DNA of 64,000 nucleotides, taken from assembly GCA_963715915.1 (NCBI GenBank), contig CAVQSU010000006.1:50254-114253 (forward strand), written 5' to 3'. Of this stretch, positions 19,319 through 28,735 are shown in pieces. Below the pieces are notes generated by a model that saw nothing but the letters and a program-made list of their open reading frames with translations, searched no databases and was not told the DNA's origin. Origin of the DNA: an uncultured Chloroflexia bacterium (GTDB lineage Bacteria; Chloroflexota; Anaerolineae; Anaerolineales; Anaerolineaceae). The stretch's first letter is position 1, and every line of letters begins with the position of its first letter. The position numbers were made by a program, and so were the translations under genes.

Positions 19319-19933
19319 ATGATCAAGGATGAGATTCTCACAGAGCGTTTTTATAACCGCAACGTAGTTGATGTTGCCCGGGATCTTCTGGGCAAACGTC
19401 TGGTGCGGAGATTGGATGGGCAACGTATTTCCGGCATTATCATCGAGACGGAAGCTTATGATGGTATACAGGATCTGGCATGTCATGCCAGGGCTGGAAA
19501 GACAAAAAGAAATGCAGTCATGTTTGGAGCAGCTGGACGGGCTTATGTGTACTTTACCTACGGCATGCACTGGTGTTTGAATGTCGTTACTGGAGGGCAG
19601 GATTATCCAGCGGCTGTTCTGATACGGGCAATTGAACCTCAGGAAGGTGTAGCAATCATTGCTGAAACCCGCAGCCAGGTCAATCGCAAGAACTGGACCA
19701 ATGGTCCCGCCAAGTTAACCCAGGCGATGCAAATTAATGGTGACCAGAATGGGATCAATATCACCCGACGGGATGCTAATTTATGGATTGAAACCGGATG
19801 GCAGGTCGAAGAATCTCTGGTCCAAACAGGTCCAAGGATAGGTATTGCGAATACACCGGAACCCTGGCGAAGTATGCCCTGGCGGTTCTGGTTTGATGTC
19901 ACTCAAACCAAAGAAATGAGCATTCTTTCATGA
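19319..19933 (+). CDS. mpg: DNA-3-methyladenine glycosylase (Mpg/AAG family)
   Basis: Sequence typical of the family: VARDLLGKRLVR...IIETEAYDG..D.ACHA..G.T.RN..MFG..G.AYVYF.YGMH.C.N. I set the start at ATG 19319. Confidence 0.85.
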   Translation: MIKDEILTERFYNRNVVDVARDLLGKRLVRRLDGQRISGIIIETEAYDGIQDLACHARAGKTKRNAVMFGAAGRAYVYFTYGMHWCLNVVTGGQDYPAAVLIRAIEPQEGVAIIAETRSQVNRKNWTNGPAKLTQAMQINGDQNGINITRRDANLWIETGWQVEESLVQTGPRIGIANTPEPWRSMPWRFWFDVTQTKEMSILS

Positions 19934-20722
19934 AGTGGTGGGGGATTGTTTTGATAATAACGATTTTTTTATCCGGTTGCAGTAATTTAGATTTATCGCC
20001 AACACCGGTTGATGATGGATTTGAACATTTTCTCTGGGTGGGGGATGATCAGCTGCAAACCGGCCCCTTGGATATGCAGACTTTGTTATTGCTGGAATTG
20101 GCAGGTGATTCACAGTCTGCTCCGAATGCATCGTGTGATATCTCCACGCTTTACATTAGTCTCATCATTTGATCAGGAAGAATTATTAAAATCAACAAAC
20201 CTGCAGGTGATGGATGTAGTCATTATTCAGGCATTTGGGGTGCAACGTGGTTTTTCTGACGAAGAATTCAAGAGGAATGCTAAAACCTGGGTTGATTTCT
20301 TCAAAAAGCAAGACATACAGGTTGTCATCTTTTACCCCTGGAGTTCAGCTGTTGATTCAAAAACTGAAAAAGAAAGATTGGATCGTATGGTCCACCAATT
20401 GGGATGGCAGGAAGATTTAACGATTGTACCTGCGGGACCTGCCTGGCAAGCCGCATTGAAAAAAAGACCTGATCTGAAATTGTATGCAAGTGATGGGATT
20501 CATCCTTCTGCGTTAGGGGTATATTTATCCGCCTGTGTGTTATACGCCAGTATCACAGGTGAATCACCTCTGGACAACCCTGTATACACATCGATTGGAT
20601 TTGATGCTCCTGATGAGATTGTCAAACTGGATGGAGATACAATTCAATTTCTTCAGACGATTGCCTGGGAAACAGTAAACGATTATCTCCAAAAAGGTGA
20701 ATTTCGCGTTATTATTAAGTAA
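19930..20722 (+). pseudogene. SGNH/GDSL-like hydrolase-fold lipoprotein, probable frameshift near 20130
   Basis: ORF 19930..20172 supplies the lipoprotein signal (IFLSGCS) and FLWVGD. The rest of the domain (...DVVIIQ...GIHPSALGVYLSACVLYASITG) is in the +1 frame (ORF 20009..20722). The exact junction is uncertain. Confidence 0.5.
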
Positions 20723-20766
20723 TAATTAGCTTTAAGAAGTGATTTTTTTACCCAAGGAGTAAGACT

Positions 20767-21189
20767 ATGTTTCGAAAAACACCAACTTCACCTTTGACAC
20801 CACAGGCTCCGATTGAACGTGTTACCTCAGTACTGGGACCTGGCATTAACTGGAAAGGTGATCTGCGGGGAAGCGGTGGTGTTCGTATTGAAGGTTCATT
20901 TGAAGGAGAAATCAATATTCGCGGTTTGGTGGTGATCGGTGAGACAGGTCGGGTCAGTTGTGAACAAATGCAGGCGAATTCTGTCATTGTGGCTGGGGCT
21001 GTCAAAGGAAACATTACTGCGGAAAAATTAGAAATCCGAAGCACCGGCCGTGTTTGGGGAGATGTCACAACTGTGGCCTTTTCAACCGAGGAAGGCGCAT
21101 TTCTGCGTGGTCAGGTCCGGATGGAAGAACGTGTGGAGTTATCATTGGTTGAGGAAGCAAAACCTTCAGCAGATTCTCCGGAAGAATAA
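20767..21189 (+). CDS. Bactofilin (polymer-forming cytoskeletal protein)
   Basis: Repetitive beta-helical bactofilin pattern (GDLRGSGGVRIEGSFEGEI...VVIGETGRV...VIVAGAVKGNI...LEIRSTGRVWGDV). The RBS is AAGGAG. Confidence 0.8.
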   Translation: MFRKTPTSPLTPQAPIERVTSVLGPGINWKGDLRGSGGVRIEGSFEGEINIRGLVVIGETGRVSCEQMQANSVIVAGAVKGNITAEKLEIRSTGRVWGDVTTVAFSTEEGAFLRGQVRMEERVELSLVEEAKPSADSPEE

Positions 21190-21261
21190 ATTTATTGTCT
21201 GTATCCGCCGAAAACAGCGTAAATATTCAGCTTTTCATGCGGTTTCAAAATAAAATTCAGT

Positions 21262-22413
21262 TTGTTTCGGTTTATTTATAAGTGTTCAAATACGAAGGGA
21301 CGACTTTTGAAAAAAATAAATATAATTTCCATTTTCATGGTTTTAATATTTTCCAGCCTAGCGTGTTCATCTGAATTTCGAAATTCGATAATTGATCGCT
21401 TACCTGAAGAAGTGGGGGATGTGATTTCTAACCCCGGTCAAATTGCCACACTGGTAGTTGATGAAGTAGCTGAACTAAATAATGAAGGACAGGGAACTGG
21501 CAATGCGACTTCACCACATATTGATGATATTGCTTATGGAATGGATACCCTGGAAAGCTTCCGTTTTCGATTTGTTCAATCTTTACAAGGTACGGATGAT
21601 GCAGGAAACACAACCAATATTACAGTCGTAAATGATCAGGAGGTGATTAAATCTCTTCAGATTGCCCACATGCGCTTGGAAACGACCACTGAAGTAAAGC
21701 CATTGCAAATTGTGGAAGTTTATCGCTTTGGAAACGAGGTCTATCTGTTGGACGAGGGTGGTGAATGCACAGCTTTTACCGAAAATCTGGACGTCCTGGA
21801 CGCTGATGGAACAGATCTGGGACTATCTTCGATTTTCAGTAACCTGGAAATTGGAAATTTAAAGCAAGAGGGCGAAGAGATCAACGGTGTGCTTACAAAC
21901 CGGTATCAGGTAAAAAATGTTGTGATGGTTAACTCGACACTTTCTAAGGTGGATGCAGAGATCTGGTATGCCCAGAAAGGTGGATTTATTGTCAGATTTG
22001 CTGGAGAAGCGCAGGGAGAAGCCTATTCTGAAGCAGAAGATTTAGAAGTATCTGGTACCATTCGTTGGGAATATGATTTGACTGATGTGAATAGCATCAT
22101 TGAAATTCCTTTACCGGAAAATTGCCAATTGGCAGCGGAAGGTGGGGTGAATGATCTCCCGGTGCCCGATAATGCGCAGGAACTCTCCATCATCGGATCG
22201 ATGTTGAGTTTTAACTCTCCAGATGATGCATCCATATTGGCTGATTTCTATCGATCAGAAATGCCTGTTGCTGGTTACATCCTGAGTGATGAAACCGTGT
22301 TTGATGACTTTTACGTGATCACCTATGAAAAAGCAGAAGAAACCATCACCATTATGATTTCTGGTGTGAATGGTGGCGGAAGTGATGCGATCATAACGGT
22401 TGAAGTGAAATGA
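21262..22413 (+). CDS. Hypothetical secreted lipoprotein
   Basis: Signal peptide plus lipobox (IFSSLACSS). The true start may be TTG 21307, which follows AAGGGA. I do not recognise any domain. Confidence 0.55.
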   Translation: MFRFIYKCSNTKGRLLKKINIISIFMVLIFSSLACSSEFRNSIIDRLPEEVGDVISNPGQIATLVVDEVAELNNEGQGTGNATSPHIDDIAYGMDTLESFRFRFVQSLQGTDDAGNTTNITVVNDQEVIKSLQIAHMRLETTTEVKPLQIVEVYRFGNEVYLLDEGGECTAFTENLDVLDADGTDLGLSSIFSNLEIGNLKQEGEEINGVLTNRYQVKNVVMVNSTLSKVDAEIWYAQKGGFIVRFAGEAQGEAYSEAEDLEVSGTIRWEYDLTDVNSIIEIPLPENCQLAAEGGVNDLPVPDNAQELSIIGSMLSFNSPDDASILADFYRSEMPVAGYILSDETVFDDFYVITYEKAEETITIMISGVNGGGSDAIITVEVK

Positions 22414-23330
22414 GTTTCACAGATCAAAAATCTCAGATTTTCTTTCCTGATCGAAAACAGGGAATTATTCTGCATGGGATTTTAATGGTTATTCTGGTTC
22501 TTATGATGGGAATGGCTTTATGGGCTGCTACCGGATGGGCGGAAGGAAGTATTTTTGTTATTTTTATGATCCTGATCGTCATCCTGACAGCACTGATTCC
22601 CTTCGTTTTGTATCGGGGATATGCATTAATCAATGCTCGTTATATTCTGGAACGGGATGGATTGCGTATCCGCTGGGGGTTACGAACTGAGGATATCCCA
22701 CTGACAGATATTGAGTGGCTTCGTCGTGCGCATGAATCAGGTTACTCTATTCAGACGCCTGTGCTCGCCTGGTCTGGTGCGATTTTAGGTGAGAAGAATT
22801 CTGATATTTTAGGACCGGTTGAATTCATCGCCTCAGATATTGCAAAAATCATTCTCGTTGCAACACCGGGTAAGGTATATGCCATTTCACCGCAAAATCC
22901 ACGTGATTTTGAATTAGCTTTCCAAAGAACATTTGAAATGGGAAGCCTTTTTCCAATCGCATCGCAATCCACCAGACCAGCAGCGTTTGTTCAGAACGTG
23001 CTGAAAGATAAATTTGCGAAATATCTGGTGCCTTTGAACATTGGTTTAACAATGCTTTTATGGTTGGTTAGTGGTTTCATCATTGCCAATCACCAGCAAT
23101 TACCCTTAGGTTTCTCTCCGCAAGGTCAACCGTTGGAGTTGGTTACCTCGCAACAATTGTTATTGATACCCATTTTAGGATTGTTTGTTCTGGTTTTGAA
23201 TATCATCCTGGGTCTATTTTTCTTTCGCAGGATCGAATATTTCCAAATTTCTTACCTCTTGTGGGCAGGAGGTGTTATTACCCCCATTCTTCTTATCGTT
23301 TCTATGATCATTTTATCTATTTATGTTTAA
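22410..23330 (+). CDS. Hypothetical membrane protein with a bacterial PH-like (YdbT/YdbS-type) segment
   Basis: Two N-terminal TM helices are followed by RYILERDGLRIRWGLRTEDIPLTDI, then further TM helices. It overlaps the previous gene by 4 nt. Confidence 0.55.
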   Translation: MSFTDQKSQIFFPDRKQGIILHGILMVILVLMMGMALWAATGWAEGSIFVIFMILIVILTALIPFVLYRGYALINARYILERDGLRIRWGLRTEDIPLTDIEWLRRAHESGYSIQTPVLAWSGAILGEKNSDILGPVEFIASDIAKIILVATPGKVYAISPQNPRDFELAFQRTFEMGSLFPIASQSTRPAAFVQNVLKDKFAKYLVPLNIGLTMLLWLVSGFIIANHQQLPLGFSPQGQPLELVTSQQLLLIPILGLFVLVLNIILGLFFFRRIEYFQISYLLWAGGVITPILLIVSMIILSIYV

Positions 23331-23342
23331 GAGATTCAATTC

Positions 23343-24176
23343 ATGACGATCTTTAATTCCCAATTGTTAATTGGTTTTATACTGGCTATTCTGATCGCTT
23401 TTTCTTCGTTTAAGATTGGATTTTTATCCAAAAGTGGAGCCGTGGCAGCCTGCTTATTGGGTACCATTGTGTTTGGTTTGGGTGGCTTTACATGGGCAGT
23501 GGTTCTGATGGGCTTTTTTATATCCTCGAGTGTGCTTTCAAAACTTTTTAAACGTCGCAAAGCTGACTTGGAAGAAAAATTTTCAAAAGGATCCAAACGA
23601 GATGCCTGGCAGGTTTGGGCGAATGGTGGAGTGGCAGGTATTTTTGTCATCCTGCATACAATCTTTCCGGATAGTAGTTGGCCGTGGCTGGCTTTTTGCG
23701 GCACAATGGCAGCTGTCAATGCAGATACCTGGGCAACGGAATTAGGTGTATTAAGCAAGAAAAATCCTATCAACCTGGTTACCGGTCTACCATTGGAGGT
23801 TGGGGCATCAGGTGGGGTCACCGTGTTAGGTACATTTGCAGCTTTTCTCGCTTCTATTTTCATTGCAAATCTGGCAATATTAATCTGGCCAGCGTTTCTT
23901 CAAAAACCTACTGGTGCAGAAACCTGGATCCTTCTTACAGGTATCACAGCGGCCGGCGTTTTTGGCAGTCTGGTGGACTCTTTTCTGGGGGCAACGGTAC
24001 AGGCAATTTATTTTTGTTCTGCTTGTGCAAAAGAAACGGAAAAACATCCCCTACATACATGTGGTAGAAGGACTGAACTCGTTCGGGGATGGAAGTGGTT
24101 TACCAATGATGTGGTGAATACCTTTTGTGCATTCATGGGGGGGTTTGTCATGATTCTTTCGACCATGCTTAAATGA
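23343..24176 (+). CDS. DUF92 (TMEM19-like) integral membrane protein
   Basis: Shows DUF92-type motifs (SKSGAVAA...GG..W....L.FF.SSS..SK, NADTWATELG, SGGVTVLGT). A Cys-containing insert reads CSACAKETEKHPLHTCG. Confidence 0.72.
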   Translation: MTIFNSQLLIGFILAILIAFSSFKIGFLSKSGAVAACLLGTIVFGLGGFTWAVVLMGFFISSSVLSKLFKRRKADLEEKFSKGSKRDAWQVWANGGVAGIFVILHTIFPDSSWPWLAFCGTMAAVNADTWATELGVLSKKNPINLVTGLPLEVGASGGVTVLGTFAAFLASIFIANLAILIWPAFLQKPTGAETWILLTGITAAGVFGSLVDSFLGATVQAIYFCSACAKETEKHPLHTCGRRTELVRGWKWFTNDVVNTFCAFMGGFVMILSTMLK

Positions 24177-24290
24177 ACAGATTGGAGGAGGGCTGTTGGT
24201 AGGGGTGATCGCCCGGCAATATTCCATTCAGGTGGGATTGTAAACATCTGCTTTTATGTTATCCCCTGTGCTAATCTTATTTGCTATGCT

Positions 24291-24830
24291 TTACATGACA
24301 AAGATAGATGGCGGTTCGTCTTCGGTGATTTTACCTAACCAGAGGGGTTGATTGGGATCCCCATTGCGGAAACTAATCCAGACCAAATCACCAACTGCAG
24401 GTCGAATGCGATCATTTTCTTTTAAAGGCACCACCGAAGCTGCCCAAAGCAAGCCCATTTCAGGAATTGCATCAATTTTCACCTGCACTTTCATCTTATT
24501 ATCAGGATCTTCATTGGAAATTACCACTGCCCGATAGATGCCTGTGAGAGAATTTTTCGGTTTATTACCATTCGGAAAAACAACTGGTTGCTGAATTTCA
24601 TCCTGACTTACAGCTTGCAGCTTATACGGGCTGGCAAATTTTCCATAGCGTTCAGATGGTCGGCATCCCTTTTCCCCATTTCCAAAGATAAAAACATCAT
24701 GTCCATTTTGTAAGCGTTTAATCACAAAATGACGGTCATCAGGTGTTGATTCGTTAAAATCAGACACCTGAAGCCATATCTCTCCATTAATGATCAACTG
24801 GACAGGATTATTACTCATGCAGCTTTCCAA
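24291..24830 (-). CDS. Gp5/VgrG-spike or baseplate-V-like OB-fold protein (orphan)
   Basis: The C-terminal half, GIYRAVVISNEDPDNKMKVQVKIDAIP...LWAASVVPL...PAVGDLVWISFRNGDPNQPLWLG, fits the gp5/gpV OB-fold pattern. The N-terminal half resembles the leading region of baseplate J-like proteins. The start may be ATG 24818. Confidence 0.5.
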   Translation of the reverse strand: MESCMSNNPVQLIINGEIWLQVSDFNESTPDDRHFVIKRLQNGHDVFIFGNGEKGCRPSERYGKFASPYKLQAVSQDEIQQPVVFPNGNKPKNSLTGIYRAVVISNEDPDNKMKVQVKIDAIPEMGLLWAASVVPLKENDRIRPAVGDLVWISFRNGDPNQPLWLGKITEDEPPSIFVM

Positions 24831-24916
24831 GAATCAGGTATCTTTATTATAGTATGTTAATCAAGGAGGTTGCAATCCTATTTCCATTATTATTCAGTAC
24901 TAAAGGTATGATTGCT

Positions 24917-26134
24917 TTAAATTTTCACCAATTGAAAATTCTTCTCAGCCATGCTCGCAATGGTCTCGCCAATTGAGAGAGAGGCTGTTGCAGCTGGTGA
25001 AGGAGCATTCAATACATGCACCTGGTGTGGTCTTTCGACGATACTGAAATCATCCAATAGCTTTCCATCGGGTGATAATGCCTGGGCTCTTACCCCTGAA
25101 CCAGCCGGATGAACGTCTTCCATCTGTAAATCAGGAATAAGGCGTTGTAATGCTTTTACGAAAGCATGCTTACTGTATGAACGATAGATCTCGGAAATAC
25201 TCATTTTCCAGTATTTAAGCGCCATTCTCCAGAAGCCAAGATAAGTTCCATAATAAGCAATATCAGAAATGGAAATATCTGATTTTTTATACCCTTCTCG
25301 TTTAAGCGCCAAAACTGCATTTGGACCAGCTTCCACGCCGCCATGTATCATACGGGTGAAGTGTACGCCCAGGAAAGGGAAACGCACATCCGGTACTGGA
25401 TAAATCAGATTTTTTACCAGGTATTCCTTATCCCGTACCATTTCGTAGTATTCTCCCCGGAAAGGGATGATCTGTAATCCTGGTTCAACACCGCAAAGCC
25501 GCGCAATCTTATCCGATCGCAGCCCGGCACAGTTAATCAAATTTTTTGTTTCAATTTCGCCGGTGGTCGTCTGTAATTTGATGAGATTGAAATCGTTACT
25601 AAATCCTAGTACCCGGCTATTCGTTTTAATTTCACCACCGTATTCCATTATGAGACGGGCATATGTTTTGGAAACATCCTTATAATCCACGATACCAGTT
25701 TGAGGAACCCATAGACCATCAATGCCATTCACATGTGGTTCAATTTCGCGGATTTCCTGTGGTGAAAGACGACGGATGCCTTCCAAACCATTAGCGCGTC
25801 CGCGTTCTTCCAGCATATTTAAAGAAGGAATTTCCGAAGGATGGGTAGCAACCACTACCTTACCACAGCGATCATGCGCAATTTCATTCTCTTCACAAAA
25901 GCGATACATGGCTTCTCGGCCAGAAACACAATTTATCGCTTTCATTGAACCTGGTTTGTAATACAGGCCGGAGTGAATCACACCACTATTATGCCCGGTC
26001 TGGTGAGCAGCTACTTCATTTTCAGCTTCGAGGACAATTAATGACAATCGATAATTCTGCACCAATTTTAATGCTGTAGCCAGTCCTACAATGCCAGCCC
26101 CAATAATCGCCACATCATAAGTTGATGATTTCAT
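24917..26134 (-). CDS. lhgO: L-2-hydroxyglutarate oxidase/dehydrogenase (FAD-dependent)
   Basis: Close full-length resemblance (by recall) to E. coli LhgO: DVAIIGAGIVGLATA, HQTGHNSGVIHSGLYY, FRGEYY, PFLGVHFTRMI.GGVE.GPNAVLA.KREGY, AGVRAQA.SPDGKL.DDF and NAPSPAATAS. Confidence 0.88.
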   Translation of the reverse strand: MKSSTYDVAIIGAGIVGLATALKLVQNYRLSLIVLEAENEVAAHQTGHNSGVIHSGLYYKPGSMKAINCVSGREAMYRFCEENEIAHDRCGKVVVATHPSEIPSLNMLEERGRANGLEGIRRLSPQEIREIEPHVNGIDGLWVPQTGIVDYKDVSKTYARLIMEYGGEIKTNSRVLGFSNDFNLIKLQTTTGEIETKNLINCAGLRSDKIARLCGVEPGLQIIPFRGEYYEMVRDKEYLVKNLIYPVPDVRFPFLGVHFTRMIHGGVEAGPNAVLALKREGYKKSDISISDIAYYGTYLGFWRMALKYWKMSISEIYRSYSKHAFVKALQRLIPDLQMEDVHPAGSGVRAQALSPDGKLLDDFSIVERPHQVHVLNAPSPAATASLSIGETIASMAEKNFQLVKI

Positions 26135-26214
26135 ATATCGATCTCCCTCGCCATTTGTAATGCTCTCTGTAGTTTAGCAAATAAAGCAGGAGATATGAAA
26201 TTTTTGTGTAGTCT

Positions 26215-26694
26215 CTACCAGAGAAATAGTCCAGGAAGATTTCTGGACAATAAGGTGAAAATAAAGATTGCCAGCATGTTCATGAAAAGGATGAGAAGCA
26301 ATCGCAAACCCAATGGATAAGAACTACGAAATAATCGAATATTGATTATAAAGCTGATCATACCCAGTAAGCCGCCATAGCCTCCTCCAAACAGGACCAG
26401 AATCAAACTTAATCCGGCAAAAACATATTGATACCAGGTTAATGGCGGCAGAATTTCATATGCTTCCCCATGTACGATAATTTTTGGAATCACATCAAAA
26501 AAGGTGTTTTGTAATTGAGCACTGACCCGAACGCCATCTCGTTGATATAGAATATATTCATCTTTTCGATGACCTTTTTCTGCTGGATTTCCATTCAATA
26601 GAATGCGGGTTTTCCCCAAGAATCCTGAGATCTCCAACTCAATTCTTTGTTTTCCAAATCCAGGAATCTTGATTGGGTATCTGGATATCATCAT
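26215..26694 (-). CDS. Hypothetical membrane protein
   Basis: A soluble N-terminal ~75 aa is followed by three predicted TM helices. It lies 20 nt downstream of the loader gene on the same strand. Confidence 0.45.
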   Translation of the reverse strand: MMISRYPIKIPGFGKQRIELEISGFLGKTRILLNGNPAEKGHRKDEYILYQRDGVRVSAQLQNTFFDVIPKIIVHGEAYEILPPLTWYQYVFAGLSLILVLFGGGYGGLLGMISFIINIRLFRSSYPLGLRLLLILFMNMLAIFIFTLLSRNLPGLFLW

Positions 26695-26714
26695 TCTTGT
26701 GAAAATTGAATCTG

Positions 26715-28115
26715 TTAATTCTTCTTGCGTGGTTTCGATGAACTTTCAGCTGTACGAATGTAGGCAGGCGCCAGGATGAGATGCATGGAGCATAATCTTG
26801 TATCCAGCATCCGGCTGCGGATACGGGGATCCATTTCTCCCAGGTCATTGGAAGTCGTGATTACCGTTGGTAATTTGGCGTTGTAACGATAATTGAAAAT
26901 TTGATATAGTTTTTCACGTGCCCACGGGGTAGCCGATTGGGTGCCGAGATCATCCAGGATGAGCAGGGAAGCAGAACGCACCTGTTCAAAGAGATGATCA
27001 TACGAAGTGTTGCTGGTGGGATTAAATGTCGCTCGCAGGTGATCCAGAAAATCAGGAACAACCACAAAGATAGGTTCTTCTCCAAAAGCGAGGCGATAAT
27101 TGCCAATGGCGGCAGCCAGATGGGTTTTTCCACAACCATACGTTCCTACAAACACAAGCCAACCATGAGGGTCGTTGGCGAAGGAATTGGCTGCATCGAA
27201 AGCACCCTCAAGACTTCGTTTTTGTTCAGGTGTCAATTTTTCACGATCCCGCAAGTTAAATGTACCAAAGGTGCAATCTGAAAGTAATTCCAGGGTGGAA
27301 ATGGTTCTTTTTTCTTCACGAACAGGAGATCGAAAATCGGGTGCCAGTATCCGCACAATTGTCACAAGGTCAGGATCTTGCAGCCGGGATCGGATGCGCC
27401 CTTCGATCTCAATTAATTCTTGATTTGTGGTAATAACAGTCGGGAGATGATGTGTGTAACGATGATTCAAAATCTGATAAAGCTTCTCTTCCGCCCAGGG
27501 GGTAGTGTTCTGTGTTCCGAGATCATCAAGCACCAATAATCGTATATTCCGAATCTCCTCAAATCGTTCCTCAAAGCTACTTTCAAGAGATCCGTATGAG
27601 TATCGCAACCAATCCAATAAGTCCGGTACTGTCAGAAACAACGTTGGGAATCCTAATTCGATTACTTTATTGGCGATGGCAGCAGCCAGATGGGTTTTTC
27701 CACTGCCATAGGTACCCATAAACAACAGCCAGCCTGTCGGGTTTTGAGAAAAATGAGAGGCCTGGTTGTGAGCTACCTGCAAAGATGAAACTTGTTGGTC
27801 ACCCAATCCCATCCTGCCTTCGGTTTTGAATGTTTCCAGGGTCATTTGGGAAAAAGCCTGTAAATTACTGAGTCGAAATAGACGTGCCTGTGCCTGTTGA
27901 GCAACTTTTGATTGACGACATTCACATACCTGCATACGGCCAAAATCGGGATGTGAGATTGGTAAATCCTGGCGAACCCAACCGATGCCACCGCAAATTT
28001 CGCATTCAGGATCGCCCAGCGCGGTTTCTCTATCCGGTTTTGAAGAATTGTCCAAATTCTCCATCGAGGAATCTTTTTGAATCTTCTTGAGTGTCTCGTC
28101 TATCTTTTTCATCAC
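26715..28115 (-). CDS. DnaC/DnaI-family helicase-loader-like protein with an N-terminal zinc ribbon and TWO tandem AAA+ modules
   Basis: The Zn ribbon is CEICGG...CEC. Module 1 has GTYGSGKTHLAAAI, LLVLDDLG, VITTN and RIRSRL. Module 2 has GTYGCGKTHLAAAI, LLILDDLG, VITTS and RIRSRM, about 190 aa later. A 22-nt identical DNA block occurs at 27112-27133 and 27682-27703. The start is uncertain (28115, 28112 or 28064). Confidence 0.8.
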   Translation of the reverse strand: MMKKIDETLKKIQKDSSMENLDNSSKPDRETALGDPECEICGGIGWVRQDLPISHPDFGRMQVCECRQSKVAQQAQARLFRLSNLQAFSQMTLETFKTEGRMGLGDQQVSSLQVAHNQASHFSQNPTGWLLFMGTYGSGKTHLAAAIANKVIELGFPTLFLTVPDLLDWLRYSYGSLESSFEERFEEIRNIRLLVLDDLGTQNTTPWAEEKLYQILNHRYTHHLPTVITTNQELIEIEGRIRSRLQDPDLVTIVRILAPDFRSPVREEKRTISTLELLSDCTFGTFNLRDREKLTPEQKRSLEGAFDAANSFANDPHGWLVFVGTYGCGKTHLAAAIGNYRLAFGEEPIFVVVPDFLDHLRATFNPTSNTSYDHLFEQVRSASLLILDDLGTQSATPWAREKLYQIFNYRYNAKLPTVITTSNDLGEMDPRIRSRMLDTRLCSMHLILAPAYIRTAESSSKPRKKN

Positions 28116-28734
28116 GTCCTCTTTCTTTCCAGGATGCTAGGATGGCTTCAACGTATCGCCAACGACGCACGTTGTTTTCGACTGCTATTCTGATAGCCTG
28201 TTCAATCCAGATCATAGGATAAGTTACTTCTGCTTCTTGCAATGTTTCTGCAATCATCGGGGTTAAAGGTCCAATATTGGCTTCGTATAATTTAAATATA
28301 TTAGGACGCACCATCTGGCGAGCAGGAACAGGTTGATCTTCCTCATGCCAGGAACCAGCCATGAGCCCTTTAAGAGCAGCTCTACCGCGTGGGGTATTAA
28401 TGAAATAAATGGCATCCTCCAATGGTTGATTTTCATCGGATCCTTTTAATAAGGTTTGGCGATCTAATGCCAGTTGTAATCCAAAATTGAGGTTTGCAAG
28501 GGCTTCTTCCTTAAGCCTACCCATACCTGCCATGAAGGAGTCATCCGAAATAAAATTCTGGTAGCGAATGAACTTGATCTTGCCTTCTAGTTGTTCCAGG
28601 AACCAGATCGAGTATATTGTCACCTTTAATTCGTATAAATTATCAATGAGGGGTAACAGATTGGTGAAGAATTCCGATGGAATGGATGTCATCTGAGCAC
28701 CATCTTCCCTGGAAAAACCAGAAAATAGCTTCAT
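28030..28734 (-). CDS. DnaD-domain replication/primosome protein
   Basis: Has the C-terminal DnaD/DnaB_2-type signature ...IRIAVENNVRRWRYVEAILASWKERG. ATG 28734 lies directly after the dnaB stop (28736-28738). Confidence 0.7.
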   Translation of the reverse strand: MKLFSGFSREDGAQMTSIPSEFFTNLLPLIDNLYELKVTIYSIWFLEQLEGKIKFIRYQNFISDDSFMAGMGRLKEEALANLNFGLQLALDRQTLLKGSDENQPLEDAIYFINTPRGRAALKGLMAGSWHEEDQPVPARQMVRPNIFKLYEANIGPLTPMIAETLQEAEVTYPMIWIEQAIRIAVENNVRRWRYVEAILASWKERGRDEKDRRDTQEDSKRFLDGEFGQFFKTG

Positions 28735-28735
28735 C

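Noticed and set aside
20748-24247. Antisense or alternate-frame ORFs overlapping bactofilin and the DUF92 gene (20748..21068, 23336..23863, 23678..24067, 24008..24247). Similar shadow ORFs occur elsewhere (for example 14509..14994, 16153..16551, 53819..54247, 53897..54367).
   Set aside because: Each is fully contained in a longer ORF that has clear family signatures. The products are low-complexity and have no RBS.
24291-24830. Calling a prophage or contractile injection system on the basis of the gp5/gpV-like protein.
   Set aside because: It is a single gene with no sheath, tube, baseplate or terminase neighbours in the window. I report it only as an orphan domain protein.
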